A stretch of 64,000 nucleotides of DNA from Amoebidium appalachense (GCA_963693365.1 CAVNZM010000008.1:6024830-6088829), one strand, 5' to 3'; numbered from the stretch's first letter, positions 19,531 to 50,541 are shown. Program-made: numbers and translations. Notes: generated by a model from the letters alone, not told the origin.

Positions 19531-21431
19531 CCCTCCCCCCCCCCCCCCCCCCCCCCTCTCTCTCTCTGACACGTTTAAACACACACACACACACTCTGAC
19601 ACATTGATACAGACATGTACACACACAAACACCCCTGGCCAACCCTGTCACATGCGCACACACACACACGCACGCAAAACTGAGCACGCACGCATCCACA
19701 CCCCGTCTATTATGATCCAACAGCGTCCGAGTCACCGTGTGGCAGAAGCAAGAAACACAGGGGTTCCGAATAAAATGGCACGGAACAACGAAAACAACAG
19801 TAACCTCTTACCTGTAACATGTACAAACCGTTGAACAAACAAACTAATAAAAGAAAGCAATAAATTATCTCGTACCATAGTTAGCTATCCTGTACATAGT
19901 AGATCTCTCCGTGAAGGTATCAGCTTTTTCGTGCTTCATGCATAAGATCGTTCAACTGGTCGTGCTCACAGGTCCGACGGATCACAACCACATGTGCCCG
20001 CCACGCGCCCGTGTTCAGTGATCATCATCACAGCTACTTTTCTTCTAAATAGTATGCCTCACGAGGGCGTGGAAATTTTCTTCCTTTGTCGATTCTCTCC
20101 CGAGGGAGTTCCCTTCAAAATCATACACCTAATATTAGTACAAGATATAGTCGTGTACCCATTATCATTATTACTCATGATGCACTCACTGATATCGATG
20201 GCTCATTGGAATGATCGGTATGATGGATGGCTGGCACCGGAAACGTTACCTAAATTCCACCATACACTTACGAGTTTCACACCCTGTACGTATACGTTAC
20301 TTGTAAGCTGCGGACTGCATAGCAAATAGACACGACCATACAATAGTAGTAGTAGCGGTGGGTCTGAATGTTTATCAAACAAAATCCTAAGCCTGATTTA
20401 ATTACGGTATAAATGACATCTATTTGGTAGGTGCAGCTATTTTTGTCTTTGTGTTTAGTCACTGAGTCGTCCCACAGGGCTTGTAGAGTCTGAGATCTAG
20501 CCTGGATGAAAGCGATTGGTCCGACTCCCTAATAGTATATTTTATTGTATTTTATCCGCTTAAAAACGTTCGGAATGCAACGCCAGAATTCCTCGAATAA
20601 TAGTATGTAGCGCACGCCGCAGTAGTAGACGTGTCGACGTGTACGCAGCTAATTAGCGTACATTTTTTTAATATATATATATATTATCCTTTTTTTTTTT
20701 TTTTTTTTTTTTTTGGCTGGTAATTGATAATCAGCAACCCCTGGGCGAACCCCTACTCGTGTGTCCATGTCTCGTGTTATATTAGAATAAATTTTTCAAT
20801 TCCATAAAGCCTTTGAGATTGAGAAGCCAACTACATTCCAACAACGTTACTTGCACGTTATTATACGGTTTGAAATTGAATTCGAACCACCTGGCACCTC
20901 CGTCTTGCAACAATCACCATAGTTATTGCAGCATCATTGTTCTAATTTCTTCATTTCGTCCCGACCCTTCATTATTGTTTCTATGCAATGCGTGACATGA
21001 GTTTGTTTCCGAGGAAGGCATAGGAGCTTCCCATTTATCGATAGATAGCACTGCAGTCTGTGCAGACCAGGGCACGTGCCGTAGACTCAAGCTCACGAAA
21101 CCCGTACTATGCCTCACCATATGTGCTTGGCATTTCGGGTTTCAACCTGTTGTCGGGTGATCACTCCACGACTCACTTGCGATTGGTCAGCGTGTGATTT
21201 GAGTCACCATCGCCAGAAGCTGACACAAAGACAAGCAATGCTCGAACTCAGTAGCAGCTGCAGCTGACATGAGGATATATATCCATAGGCACCCCCGTCC
21301 GTATCATTGGTAGTGGAACTGAGTAGAGTTAGCTAGGCTGCGTAGGTGGGTGAACCCAGGCCACTGGCAGTGGGCAGCTGCAGCGTGCAGGCTCGATCGC
21401 CCCCCAACAAATTTCAAACCTGCAAGTCAAA

Positions 21432-34305
<12,874 letters not shown>

Positions 34306-34742
34306 GCCACTTATGCCATGTGTGTCCTACAATGGCAAACGGCTAGAATATTTGGAACTGAATATATATGTGGCATGCTACTTTTAGCTTCAGCTTTAGT
34401 TTAGAATCTCTGACCATAGTAGTGGGCCCCTTGGGGTAAACCTATGTGATGAGTCACAACGAACCTGCTAAAAATGTGATCTATTGCACGGTATTGGTCG
34501 AATGTGCATTGATGTGCGCGTTGGTGAACAGCCGCATCAAGGCTTCACGACTTGAAACTAAAAACGTTGTATACTATTGATGGCAAGAGTTTCCGCAAGC
34601 TCAAGTTATCATATGAAATTGCAGCAGTACCTTTGACACATATTAACTGAATACACCGTGCAAATGCGCACACACGCATACACACACACACACATGCACA
34701 CACACTTTGATACACACACACACACACACACACACACCACAC

Positions 34743-34839
<97 letters not shown>

Positions 34840-35318
34840 CGTGACAAACACAAAACATGAATCGTATAATATTGTTGTTGCCCTCAGGAGGTGCCTTCAG
34901 GCAAAATATGGAAGCGCCATACTTACAACAAAAATATGGATATCGATATTACAGGCTTAGCCAAATAATCACGGTTGAAAGTATGTCCTTGCTTGGGTCT
35001 GGTACCCACCTGTCTGACACCTCGGTATAGGGGAGTATTAATAGATGTGAATAGAACAGTAAAATACAAGTTGAACTGAAAAATATGTAGATTTGCCAAA
35101 AGGACTCTCATCCAGCAATTGCGCACCGCTTTGCGCCTGGCAGTGCTTCATTCGACCAGTACCTGCCATTTGATCGGTTCCATGGCTTGATACCATGATG
35201 TGTGTGCGTTTGTGTGTGTGGTGTGTCGTGTGTGTGTGTGTGTGTGAGTGTGGGGCGGGTGTGTGTGTGTGTGTGTGCGTGTGTGTGTGTGTGTGTGTGT
35301 GCGTGTGTGTGTGTGTGT

Positions 35319-35408
<90 letters not shown>

Positions 35409-35728
35409 ACGTGCATGCGCGCGTGTGTGTTAATGCAATTTTTCACAGTGCACGGTGTTATATTCTGCTCTTAGACTATGCCTCCAAACTCAAAGATGAC
35501 ATACCCACGGTGCAGCTTGCGACGTCCTAAGATATCTTCCTACTCCGCAGTTTACGTGGTTGGCTGGTAATCAATCGCCTCTTTTATCACCTGCTGGTCA
35601 GCACTGGAGCGTTGAACACCACGCTTTTTGCCTGGGGTTCGTCGAGCAACCCCCCCCCCCCCCCCCCCCCACCAGACCCCTCACCAGACTTGCCACCCTC
35701 ATCCGACCCCCTATCAGACCCCTGATCA

Positions 35729-35764
<36 letters not shown>

Positions 35765-35900
35765 AACCTCCCCCATCGTACACCCTAACAGACCCCTCGA
35801 CCGACGCCTTTCAGAACCCCCCCCCCCCCCCCATCAGACCCCTCATCACATTCCCAATCCACTTCCTCCCTCCCCCCCCCCCCCCCCCTCCCCCCTTTAG

Positions 35901-36721
35901 TGTTATTTTGTGTGGGTAAACGGAGAAGCAGAGAGCACAGATGGGTGTTATGTTATACACAACACAGAGACACACGGGAGAAACACAACCGGAAGGGGTG
36001 GAACGATTTCTGGGACCATATGAAATGTTTTCAACTGCTTGATATTTATTTCAAGATGAAGTCCTTTTTTTACTCAGGGATGTGAAATCGATAAGCCAAT
36101 CAAAATAACGAAAACTCTTTTATCCAATCAGAAAGACGAAAACTATGAGGGTAAAATAAATCGATCGAAATGCCTGTCGACACATAGAAGATAAAACGCA
36201 ATCTTCTAATGAAAGTAATCTTCTAATGAAAGTACGGAAACATTTAACAAAATGAAACCACTTATGTATCTATTAGTTCACATCATATATTTATACATGT
36301 TCTTAACATAACACGTCTAAATGTAAGTATTCCTAATAGTTGGGGAACACAGAGCAATTCTACGACGTGGGAAAAGAAGGAAAAGGAATGAGGATAGAAA
36401 GGAAAGGGATCGAGTAGATTCTCAGTAGAATTAATTAGGAAGGTAGGTTACTATATTTGGGAAAATATAACGAGATCGGATTGGATAACGTATTTAGACA
36501 TTGACGCAAACAACCATACGTGTGCGCGGGCCAAATAGCTCGATGTGTACACAGATCTAAGATATCTGTGCACACGGAAACGGAAAGGAAGAAAGAAAGG
36601 AAGAAAGGAAAAGGGAAAAGGAAACGAACAACAACAAACTAATAAACATGTATAAAAACTCAACTTCTAAGTCTTGCCGTTAATCATGGGAAGATGACAA
36701 ATAGTCCCATTGTGCTCCAAC
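35901..36721 (-). mobile_element. Older, diverged solo LTR related to the copia LTR family in this window
   Basis: Starts TGTTATTTTG and shares colinear blocks with the copia LTR (gcagagagcacaga vs gcagagtgcacaga; cacagatctaagatatctgtgcacacggaaac vs cacagatctacagatatctgtgcccacagaaac; acttctaagtcttgccgt vs acttcaaggctcttgctgt); ends near ctccaac. Right boundary approximate, no clear TSD. Confidence 0.6.
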
Positions 36722-38284
36722 CCCCCCCTCCCCCACCCTCCATTTCGACTGCACAACCCTGCATGACAATCCGCGTGACGCAACACCCCCCCCCCCCCCC
36801 CCCCCCCCAACTGAGCACACCCTGCATGACAATCTGCATGAGAATCCGCCAACCTGACTACCGATGAGACCCTCTACCCCATTCAACCCCCTACCAGACA
36901 CCTCATCATACCCATCACCAAACCCCCCCCCCCCCATCAGACCCATCATCAGACCCCCCACCCCCATCCGACCCCCTATCAGACACGTCATCAAACCCCT
37001 CTTCAGACCCCCCCTCCCCCCATCAGACCCCTCATCAGAACCCCCCCCCTCCCCCATCAGACCGATCATCAGACCCCCCTTCCCCCATCCGACCCCCTAT
37101 CAGACAGGTCATCAACCCCTCATCAGACTCCCCCTCCCCTCCCCCCCATCAGACCCCTCATCAGACCCCCCCCCCCCATCCAACCTGTCATCAGACCCCC
37201 CACCCCCATCCGACCCCCTATCAGACACGTCATCAGATCCCTCATCAGACCCCCCCCCCCCCCCCCCCCCTCTCTCCCCCATCATACCCCTCATCAGACC
37301 CTCCACCCCTATCCGACGACCCCCCATCAGACAACTCATCAGACCCCCCACCCCTCATCCAGTCTCTAATCACCCCCCACACGACCCCCCCCCCCATCCC
37401 CCCCCCCCCCCCACTCCCCCATCAGACCCATCATCAGACCCCCCACCCCCATCCGACCCCCTATCAGACACGTCATCAGGTCCCTCATCAGAACCCCCTC
37501 CCCCCCCCCCCCCCTCCCTCCCATCAGACCCTCCACCTCCACCTATCAGACACCTCATCAGACCCCCCCCCCCCCCCCCTTCCGCCCCCCCCACAAAACT
37601 CCTCATCATACCCCCCACCCCTCAACCTCTAATCACCCCCCACACGACAACCTCACCCCCCCCCCCCCCCCCCCTCCCCTCCACCCTTCGACTCCATACC
37701 CTGGATGACAATGCGCATGAGAATCCGCCAACCTGACCACCTATGAGAGACCCTCTACCCCATTCAATCCCCTACCAGACACCTCATCAGACCCCCCATC
37801 AGACCCTTCACCAAACCCCCCCCTCCCCCCCCCCCTCCCTCATCAGACCCATCATCAGACCCCCCAGCCCCATCCGACCCCATATCAGACACGTCATCAG
37901 ACCCCCCTCCCCCCCCCCCTCATCAGACCCCCTCACCCCCATCCGATTCCCTGTCAGACACGTCATCAGACCCCTCATCAGACCCCCCTCTCCCCTCCCC
38001 CCATCAGACCCCTCATCAGACCCCCCCCCCACCTCTCATACAACCTCTAATCACCCCCCGCCCCCCTCCTCCCATTAGTCCTATTGTACCCCCCCCCCCG
38101 CCCCCCCTGGGCCCAAATTTGGCCCCACGCCCTTCATTACAATTCGCATAAAAGACCACCCTCCCACACCTGACCACTTATCAGACCCCTACCCCCATCT
38201 GACACCCTGTCAGACTCCTCATCAGACCCCCCTCCCCATCAGCCCATCCCCCCCCCCCCCCCTTGTCCCATCAGACCCCCCATC

Positions 38285-39034
38285 TGTTGTTTTTGTACGG
38301 GTCTAAGGGAGCAGAGTGCACAGAGGTGTCATGTAAAACACGACTAACACATTAATGAGAGGGCAATCGGAGTTGTTCACGAGACATTGAAAAGATTTCA
38401 AACAACAACTGAATCTTTATTGTGCTCTCGGTTCCTTTTGTACTTGCGACTTATCACCTTATCACAACTAAAGAGGGAGAACCAATCGGTTCTATCAGAA
38501 GATAGAAAAACACATTCCGACAGAGCATACGCATTCCAACTTCCGATTAAACTAAAGTGTAGAAACTCTTACTTAAATAAATTAAGTAATTATACATCTA
38601 GTCACTATTAACTCACATATATATTTATGTTCGTCTCTATAAAGAAACTTATTTAAATACATATATTTCCTAACAGTCGACACTCTCAAAGTGAAGACAC
38701 TTTGCAATAAACCGAATTCCATATATATCTATTGTCCAATCACAACACACATATATTAACAGACAGGAATGCACAACACAATATACAGATGTACTCGCTC
38801 GCGACTATTGGCGAGCCATCCTTTTGAGAACAAAACTAGGCCATTTGGAAATAAAGGAAAGACATCGAGTGAGGCTAGCCAATCACGCTACCTCTCAGAT
38901 AAACAGAGGAGAGCAAACAGAAATAAAAACACAATAAGTTCTTATCAGGCAAGAGAGCCAGGTGTGCACAGATCTACAGATATCTGTGCCCACAGAAACA
39001 AGGAAGAGAGAGATACGGGGGGGGGGGGGGGGGG

Positions 39035-39094
<60 letters not shown>

Positions 39095-39186
39095 ACAAAG
39101 GAGGAAAGCAGACACGAATACAAACAAGCTAGGACACATACATACTTCAAGGCTCTTGCTGTCATACATGGTGACGTATTCCAACA
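38285..39186 (-). mobile_element. Solo LTR of the Ty1/copia family with 5-bp TSD
   Basis: TGTTG...CAACA, near-identical to the LTRs at 51155 and 61515; CCATC on both sides (38280-38284, 39187-39191). Confidence 0.95.
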
Positions 39187-39439
39187 CCATCCGACTCCTC
39201 ATCAGACCCCTCCCCCTCCATCAGACCCCCCCCCCCCCTCCCCATCCGACCCCCTATCAGACCCCTTCCCCCCCATCAGATCGATTCCTCATCAGCCCCC
39301 CCCCCCCGGCCCCCCCTCCCCCCTCCCCCCCAAACAAACCTCTTGTCATCCCCCCACATTGAAAAGAACAGAATGTCAACCACCCACCCCCCTCCCCAAA
39401 CCCACCCTCACACCCAGTGTACCCCCCCCCCCCCCCTCA

Positions 39440-40310
<871 letters not shown>

Positions 40311-40573
40311 GATGAATGCCAGAATAAATTTGGCCCAATAATGACCCGCCCCTGGGCCCGGGGGGGTCTTGAGTCCAATTGGGTTGCTAGATTGAATGAC
40401 AATCATCAAAGTTTTGTGTCCCCAAACCCACCCTCACACCCAGTGTACCCCCCCCCCCCCCCCCCCCTCACATTGTGAAGGATCAGAGAGGCAAAGGCCA
40501 GCCATTGCATCCGTCACGCTCCCAACAGTGTCGTCTGCAACCCCATATCCAATGTCAGTGCCCCCTTCATCAA

Positions 40574-40605
<32 letters not shown>

Positions 40606-40670
40606 AAACACACAAACGCGCACACACACGTGCACACAAACAAACCAGACACATACCCTTGGAAAAAAAC

Positions 40671-40702
<32 letters not shown>

Positions 40703-40731
40703 TGAGAGAATGAGGGACAAGGGGGGGAGGG

Positions 40732-40845
<114 letters not shown>

Positions 40846-41351
40846 ATGTGAGAGGAAGAGGGAGAGGGAGAGGGAGAGGGTGTGTATGCGAGTATAATTG
40901 TGTGTGCGTGTTTGTGTACTCCTCTGTCAAGAATGCTGTACCTGGCTGAACCAGCCAGCCAATCGCCAGGCGGCAGATACATTTCCCTAACGTCGAAAAA
41001 ATTTGCCATGTCGGGTTCACTCATGAAAGCCTTCAGTGACATCGGATCTCAGACAAAAAGTGGCACACGCGTATGTAGTACGAGTGGCGTGCCCGGCGCG
41101 CAGGCGCCAGCGTGACCCCTGATGCCTGACTGACGGACGCGTGGCTGCATGGTGTGTCGAGTAAAGCTTGTTGGAAGGGCAGCCGCATGATGAGAGTTCG
41201 TTTCATCATCGACGGCCGTGGCGGGTTGTTTGGGGCTGGGTGTACATACGGCCCTGCCAAACAGTGGCCAAAACCATTCTGTCGCCTGAGTCAAATAGAT
41301 CGGAGGCTGCATGATGGAGCCCAGGTCGGATAGCTGGAATTAAAGGTGAAT

Positions 41352-41418
41352 CACACATCGATTCAGTCGCACACATCGATTCAGTCGCACACATCGATTC
41401 AGTCGCACACATCGATTC
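41352..41418 (+). repeat. 18-bp tandem repeat at the LINE 5' end
   Basis: cacacatcgattcagtcg x3 plus a partial fourth copy. Confidence 0.95.
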
Positions 41419-41524
41419 AAATGTCGCTCTTTATTATCTGCTAATAAATAGTATCCTTCGCGCATCCACCCCTAAACCAGGCCATCCGTGGCCCTAAGGG
41501 CCGGGGAACACCCCCATCCATGTC

Positions 41525-42709
41525 ATGGCACATGCCTATAATCGTTTCAGAACCTCTTTCAAAGTTCCATCTACACCCATCACACATGTGCGACCATTAA
41601 AACGTCCAGCAGATACACCTACCACAGATGCACAACCAGAAAAACATCGCCTTAGACTAAGCGCAACACCTATTTACAATACACTACCCATTCAGAATAA
41701 CACCACACCACTCCGTAGAAACACAATAACAACCATGCCGAAACTTTCGGTTGATACAGTACTGGCAGAACTTGCCCTCGTTAAGAAACAGCTAAATGAG
41801 CTGTTACCACTCAAGAACATGATAGAAAAACTCCAAACAGAAAATACCCAACTCAAGCTCACCATTGATTCACTCACAGCCCAGCTAAACATTAGTGGAT
41901 CGCAAAACCCCAAAACTCATGAGCAAACATCTCGCGACGGAGACATTTCCACCCCAACACAAAACAACACAGGACCGGAAGCACAGCTCCCGGCAGAGTT
42001 CCTAGAATATGCGAACTCTCGTAAAACACCCGAGCTCCGCCAAATTGCCAAGGAAACATATGCCAGCATTCTTGCAGGCAACGAGTACCGCCGCAACTCC
42101 CCTCCCAAACCGCCGGCTAAGGGGAACACCCAAGCAAACGGTAACATCAACATCCCACCCAAATACGAGAGGGTGTATTTCAAAGTCAAGCACGGCAGAC
42201 GCCCACACAGGGCCATCTGGTCCATCTTCAAGGCTCTCGGCTTCCGGTGCTCTCGCATCCTTTGTCTGTCCTTCATTGGATACGATGTGCTGGAAGTAGC
42301 AGTACGGGGCGACTATAACCGTGCGTTCATCCGTGACGCGACAAAGGGGTGTGGAAGCTTCTTCACCCACCTCCCAAGCTACGACCCATGCGCGCCGGAA
42401 AACATTCAGAAAGCAGACAAAGAACGTAAAGTGTCTGCTAAGAATGCGTGCGCCACACGTTGTCGTGTACGCATCAGCAAGGCAAAAGAGTTCCTCGCAA
42501 AGTTGGAAAACGATGCTACGAGCGTGATAGACACGGACACGAAGGAACCAATGTTTTCTGGTGAGAAACTGCTCGAGCGCAAACGCCGATGCGAGATGGA
42601 AATCGAGCTCTTCTGCGAACTGTTCGCGCTGGCGGAAGGTCGTGCATACGACCCCGTAAGCGACAAGTGGGAACCAACCCCACAGGTGTCGGACCAAACC
42701 GATGCCTAA
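41525..42709 (+). CDS. LINE ORF1 (394 aa; coiled-coil plus putative nucleic-acid-binding domain)
   Basis: Intact ORF directly upstream of ORF2 and overlapping it by 8 nt; heptad-rich segment LAELALVKKQLNEL..IEKLQTENTQLKLTIDSLTAQL; TYASIL motif typical of LINE ORF1. Confidence 0.82.
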   Translation: MAHAYNRFRTSFKVPSTPITHVRPLKRPADTPTTDAQPEKHRLRLSATPIYNTLPIQNNTTPLRRNTITTMPKLSVDTVLAELALVKKQLNELLPLKNMIEKLQTENTQLKLTIDSLTAQLNISGSQNPKTHEQTSRDGDISTPTQNNTGPEAQLPAEFLEYANSRKTPELRQIAKETYASILAGNEYRRNSPPKPPAKGNTQANGNINIPPKYERVYFKVKHGRRPHRAIWSIFKALGFRCSRILCLSFIGYDVLEVAVRGDYNRAFIRDATKGCGSFFTHLPSYDPCAPENIQKADKERKVSAKNACATRCRVRISKAKEFLAKLENDATSVIDTDTKEPMFSGEKLLERKRRCEMEIELFCELFALAEGRAYDPVSDKWEPTPQVSDQTDA

Positions 42710-45700
42710 TTTATCCTTCTTCTTCTGGAATGCTCGGACACTGGGCCCCCAAAAGGGCCTCCCCCCCGGGACACTCGACGATAAAATCAGCTACATACAA
42801 CAACAGACAAACAACCACACGTTTACAGTGATTTGCGAAACACAGTTTAAAAACCACCACAAATTCAACTCTACATTGGTCGACACATCCACACACCCCG
42901 GTTACGCGAAAAACCGAGGCATTATTGTACTTGCCGCACCACACGTGAGAGTGAAGTGCAAACCGGTAGCAAAAACGGAATTCTCGGTTTCTATAGAGTT
43001 TCTTTCTAATGTTTTTTACTTTTGTATATTACCCACCATCTATGTCGGTTGTCGAATTGACTCACGAGTTGTCACAGTTACCAATGTCCACTGTTATTTT
43101 AGGTGATTTTAACACGCGACTCCACCACACAGACACACTGCAAGTGAGTGTCGGGTACCCATCTAAGCCCCCGGAGCGTGCTATCCCTTTGGCAAGGTAT
43201 GTCCAAAGTCACACTTTGCGGTTCCCTCAAATATCCCATGCCCACAACACCGACTGGGGAGTGGCCTTTTGGCCATCAACCATGTCAAAACTCTCTCTCC
43301 CTCCTAACCTCTCTAGGTCATCTGACCACTCTCCTATCCTTTTCCTACCTAAGATCTCCCTTGATCTGCTCCCCCCTCCCCCTCCCACCTTTCGCCTCCG
43401 TCTATCCCAGCTTAAGTCACAGTGGGGTAGAGTTGATGTATGTGTATGCTATGCTACGAAACACCCTATATATATGCGCCTATTAGAATCTGCACAAGCC
43501 AGGCCAGATTCACATCTCGTACTAGATACATGCACTAACTTTATTGTTGATGATTTGATAGATCTCGGTGATTATGCTGGCGGTGGTAGGAAGGAATATC
43601 CCGATGCTCTCTTGTTACCAAACACCACTCCCGCTAGACTAGGTGAACCCCTGTCTCAAAAGGAAAGCTTGCGCCGGCTTGCTAGTATGAATCGATTTGG
43701 CCCCCCTGCTCGTATTATTGGTGATACCACTGGAGACCCCCTCATAGACTCTGATAAGTATTTCTCGGAACTGTTTAAAGATAGGACCCCCGCTCAGAAA
43801 CCTATTGTGTGGCCTGTAGACCCATCTATCCCCATAGAATCGATCCTCCCCTTTTTCAGTCCCGATGCCATATGGTCTGTGATATCTAGTTATAGCTCTA
43901 GTAAGTCTTGTGGACCTGATGGACTCCCTGCTGGGTTTCTTAAAATCCTTGTTCCCTCCTACCCACAAAAGGAAAGTGATCGTGCTATTAAACCTGATCT
44001 TACTATCATGTTAAGCTCTCTCTTTTCTTGGTGTGTTAAATGTGGACATGTCCCGTCATCTTGGTTAGATACCTTAGTGATCCCCATAGTTAAGAAGGAC
44101 TCTGAGGGCCCCATATCATCCTTTCGCCCCATTACACTAACCCAGGTTGTTCGTAGATTCTTTGAAGCTTGCTTACTTAGGTTATTTGCACATCACCCTA
44201 GGTTTCAATCTATTCTTCACATACACCCATGCCAATCCGCTTTTCGTAAAAACAATTCATGTTATGTTCAAATAATGGCACTGCACGATTCTATGCAAGT
44301 TGGTGCACAATATGTTGGCTTTATTGATTGGAAAACTGCTTACGATTCTGTCTCCCCTGGTCTCCTATGGGAAAAGCTTGCTGCACGGGGTGTACCACAC
44401 TGCATTGGTGTTCTGTTAGAAGCACTCTTGTCTCAAACCTATGGTAGAGCTGTGGTTAATGGGCATCTTTCATATGGTTTTGCTCGTACTAGAGGTCTCT
44501 TGCAGGGTTCATTGCTTAGCCCCTTTTTGTTTAACCTATTTATAGATGATTTGGCTGTCAAGATTTACGCCGAAAACGATGACCCTATTAATAACTTTCC
44601 GCCTGCACTTCTCTATGCTGATGATCTGTCCCTCCTTGCCCGTACCCCTAGACGCCTGCAAAGATTGTTCGATGTAGTGTCAGAGTGGTGCAAGGCAAAC
44701 CTTATGATCCTTAACATAGACAAATGTGGTGTTCTTGTACCTGATATAGCTAACAATTTACACACATTTACATTATCATCTAAACCTGTACCTATAGTTC
44801 CAGAATACAAATATCTTGGTGTTCCGGTTGATTCTGTTGGTGTTATGTTTCCCCATATGGTCGAAAAGAGGGTAGAGTTGGCTCGTAAGCGGTTAGCTTT
44901 CTTCTCGGCTAATATTTTTAAAGACACACCCCTCCATCCTTCTATTAGACTTACATTTATTCGCACTTTTGTCTTCCCGGCATGTGAATATGGTTTACCC
45001 CTTCTCGCCGCTTGGATCAAGAAAGAGAGAACTAGAGCGCTTAAACCCTTGGCAAATTTCCTTGAAGCAGAAGTTGCCTCCTTTCTATCTAACAACTGTT
45101 GTAAACCTGGGCCTGTAACGCTCTCGATATATGGTCTGGTCCCAATAGCTGCTAGAGTATCCTATCTCGCGCTGAAATTCAATAAGCACATAAGCCGCTT
45201 AAAGAAGTATTTGCCCTCCCACCCTCTCTTCTCTATCCGACCTGTCCCCTCCTCACCTCTCCCCCTCTTTCCTCCCCTCTCTCTCCCCTTCTCCCCTGGG
45301 CACAAATACAAATAAACCCCGCAATAGTGTGTGTGTGACTTTGGACTGCCACTTACTTATTAAACATGTACACAATCACAAGATAATCACGCAATATAAC
45401 AAATGGAAAAAGATACCACACGACACTAGACCCGATGAAAGCATACACCTTGAAAAACTAAGCCTTATGTCTCGTTTTATATATACTGACCGCCTCAACC
45501 ATATTGCCAAATATGGCACTCGCAAGTGTATAACACCTAAATACATATTACCTTCCTGTAGAACTGGTCTTTCTCTAGCTGATGGTATTATTGATCAATT
45601 ACCACGCTTTTACTGTACACGTGCTATACAGTGGAGATCTAATAAGTATAAGGTGGCATCATTTGCATGCCCAAACAACACACACACACACCAGTTTAAC

Positions 45701-45898
45701 CGGTCATGTATCGCCAAATGTAGTTTGATAGACCACATAATACCGCAACACACACACGTCACATTCACAACAGACACCCAGAAAGATAGCCTACCTGTAA
45801 ATTACAACATCCTTGATTTTATACTAAACACGCGTAACTACGACCTGTTTATTAGATGTATTGATTGGCTTGAGAAACACATCACTACAAAATTATAG
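42702..45898 (+). CDS. LINE ORF2: APE endonuclease + reverse transcriptase + Cys/His C-terminus, in three frames (two frameshifts)
   Basis: APE motifs FWNARTL, ICET, ILGDFN, SDHSPI; RT motifs KSCGPDG, FRPITL, QSAFR, FIDWKTAYDSV, GLLQGSLLSPFLFNLFID, LYADD, YKYLG. Frameshifts near 43010-43020 (T run) and about 45290-45330. Confidence 0.92.
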
Positions 45899-45919
45899 CG
45901 CACGCGCACACACACACAC

Positions 45920-45972
<53 letters not shown>

Positions 45973-46004
45973 CCAGCTGATACCGAGTGTCCCGAGGGGA
46001 GCCC

Positions 46005-46050
<46 letters not shown>

Positions 46051-46786
46051 GGGGAACCCCAACTAATTGATTTCTCCTTGTAGTCTTTATGGTGTCTCGT
46101 AGAGAAAGTAAACCCTGATATATAGTCACCACCCGACATCTATGTACGTGATCATGATATACCGCTGAGGGGATATTCCGAGCAAACCCCCCCCCCCCAT
46201 ACCTGAGACTGGTTCTCTTTGCCTCGAGTAAACAGCGTAAACCCCAAAGGTGAATGCCAGAATAAATTTGGCCCAATAATGACCCGCCCCTGGGCCCGGG
46301 GGGGTCTTGAATCCAATTGGGTTGCTAGATTGAATGACAATTTTGGACAAAACCGATAATTTTGGCCCAATCACGAACGAGCTTTTTGACCTTTTTTTTT
46401 TGGTCCCTGTGACACGTGCAGGTGCCAGGGGGAAGGTGCCTTTGTAGAAAGTTACTAGTGCAAAAAGAAGTATTACGGAAACGCGCAAAGTTTAAAGAAA
46501 CCAAATGAAGGTCATTATGTTAGATTTTTTGAAAAAGCATTTCTCCAATTTGACTTCACTGTACTACGATCCGCGTATTGGGCACGCTCCGCCGGCCCAG
46601 CCGCGGGAGATCGCGATCGAATACTTCACCCACTTGCACTTGAGCCAACGCTGTTCAGTGTCGCAGGTAGTGCACCCACGCGTATACTTTTCGAACTTGT
46701 TATGTTTTGTATTTGTGGGTGACAATTGTGCTGTTGACATTATTATCAGAGCTTTCCACTGTGACTTTTAATTTTCCAAGCAAATC

Positions 46787-50162
<3,376 letters not shown>

Positions 50163-50348
50163 GTATTGATCCCCCCCTATCCCCACCCCACCCCCCCCTT
50201 GCTCGGTAACTCTCAGTGCCTCACTTCTCTCCCTTTCTCTCTCTCGCTTGCTCGCTCCCTCGCTCTCTCGCCTTCCATCGGCCTCTCTCTCCCTCGGTCT
50301 GTCTCTCTCCATTTCTAGATCTGTCTCCCCCTCCCTCCCTTAATCCCT

Positions 50349-50505
<157 letters not shown>

Positions 50506-50508
50506 CCC

Positions 50509-50541
<33 letters not shown>

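Larger units (their letters stand above)
35650..39350 (+). repeat. Degenerate C-rich satellite of CATCAGACCC/CATCCGACCC units, interrupted by two solo LTRs
   Basis: Dozens of (c)atcagacccc motifs at 35670-35850, 36860-38284 and 39187-39300. A higher-order unit atgacaat..gcatgagaatccgccaacctgac..gaccctctaccccattcaa recurs near 36826 and 37705. Confidence 0.85.
41352..46245 (+). mobile_element. Apparently full-length non-LTR retrotransposon (LINE, APE endonuclease + RT) with 10-bp TSD
   Basis: TSD AAAGGTGAAT at 41342-41351 and 46246-46255; the empty site is visible in the upstream duplicate near 40307-40316; two-ORF organisation; 5' end has tandem 18-mers. Confidence 0.93.

Noticed and set aside
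17330-21300. Complex-sequence intergenic blocks, possibly old TE remnants or genes
   Set aside because: No convincing ORF, splice chain, terminal repeats or recognisable protein motif.
36864-38078. 290-aa and 111-aa Pro-rich ORFs resembling extensin or mucin
   Set aside because: They are readings of the CATCAGACCC satellite, with no signal peptide or splice structure, and the array is interrupted by LTRs.
41352-41418. Repeat array superficially like CRISPR
   Set aside because: Head-to-tail 18-mers with no spacers, no cas genes, eukaryotic context.
45975-46245. Possible ribozyme or telomere-like (TAAACCC) motifs at the LINE 3' end
   Set aside because: No complete hammerhead or HDV core could be assembled by eye, and the TAAACCC motifs are isolated rather than tandem.
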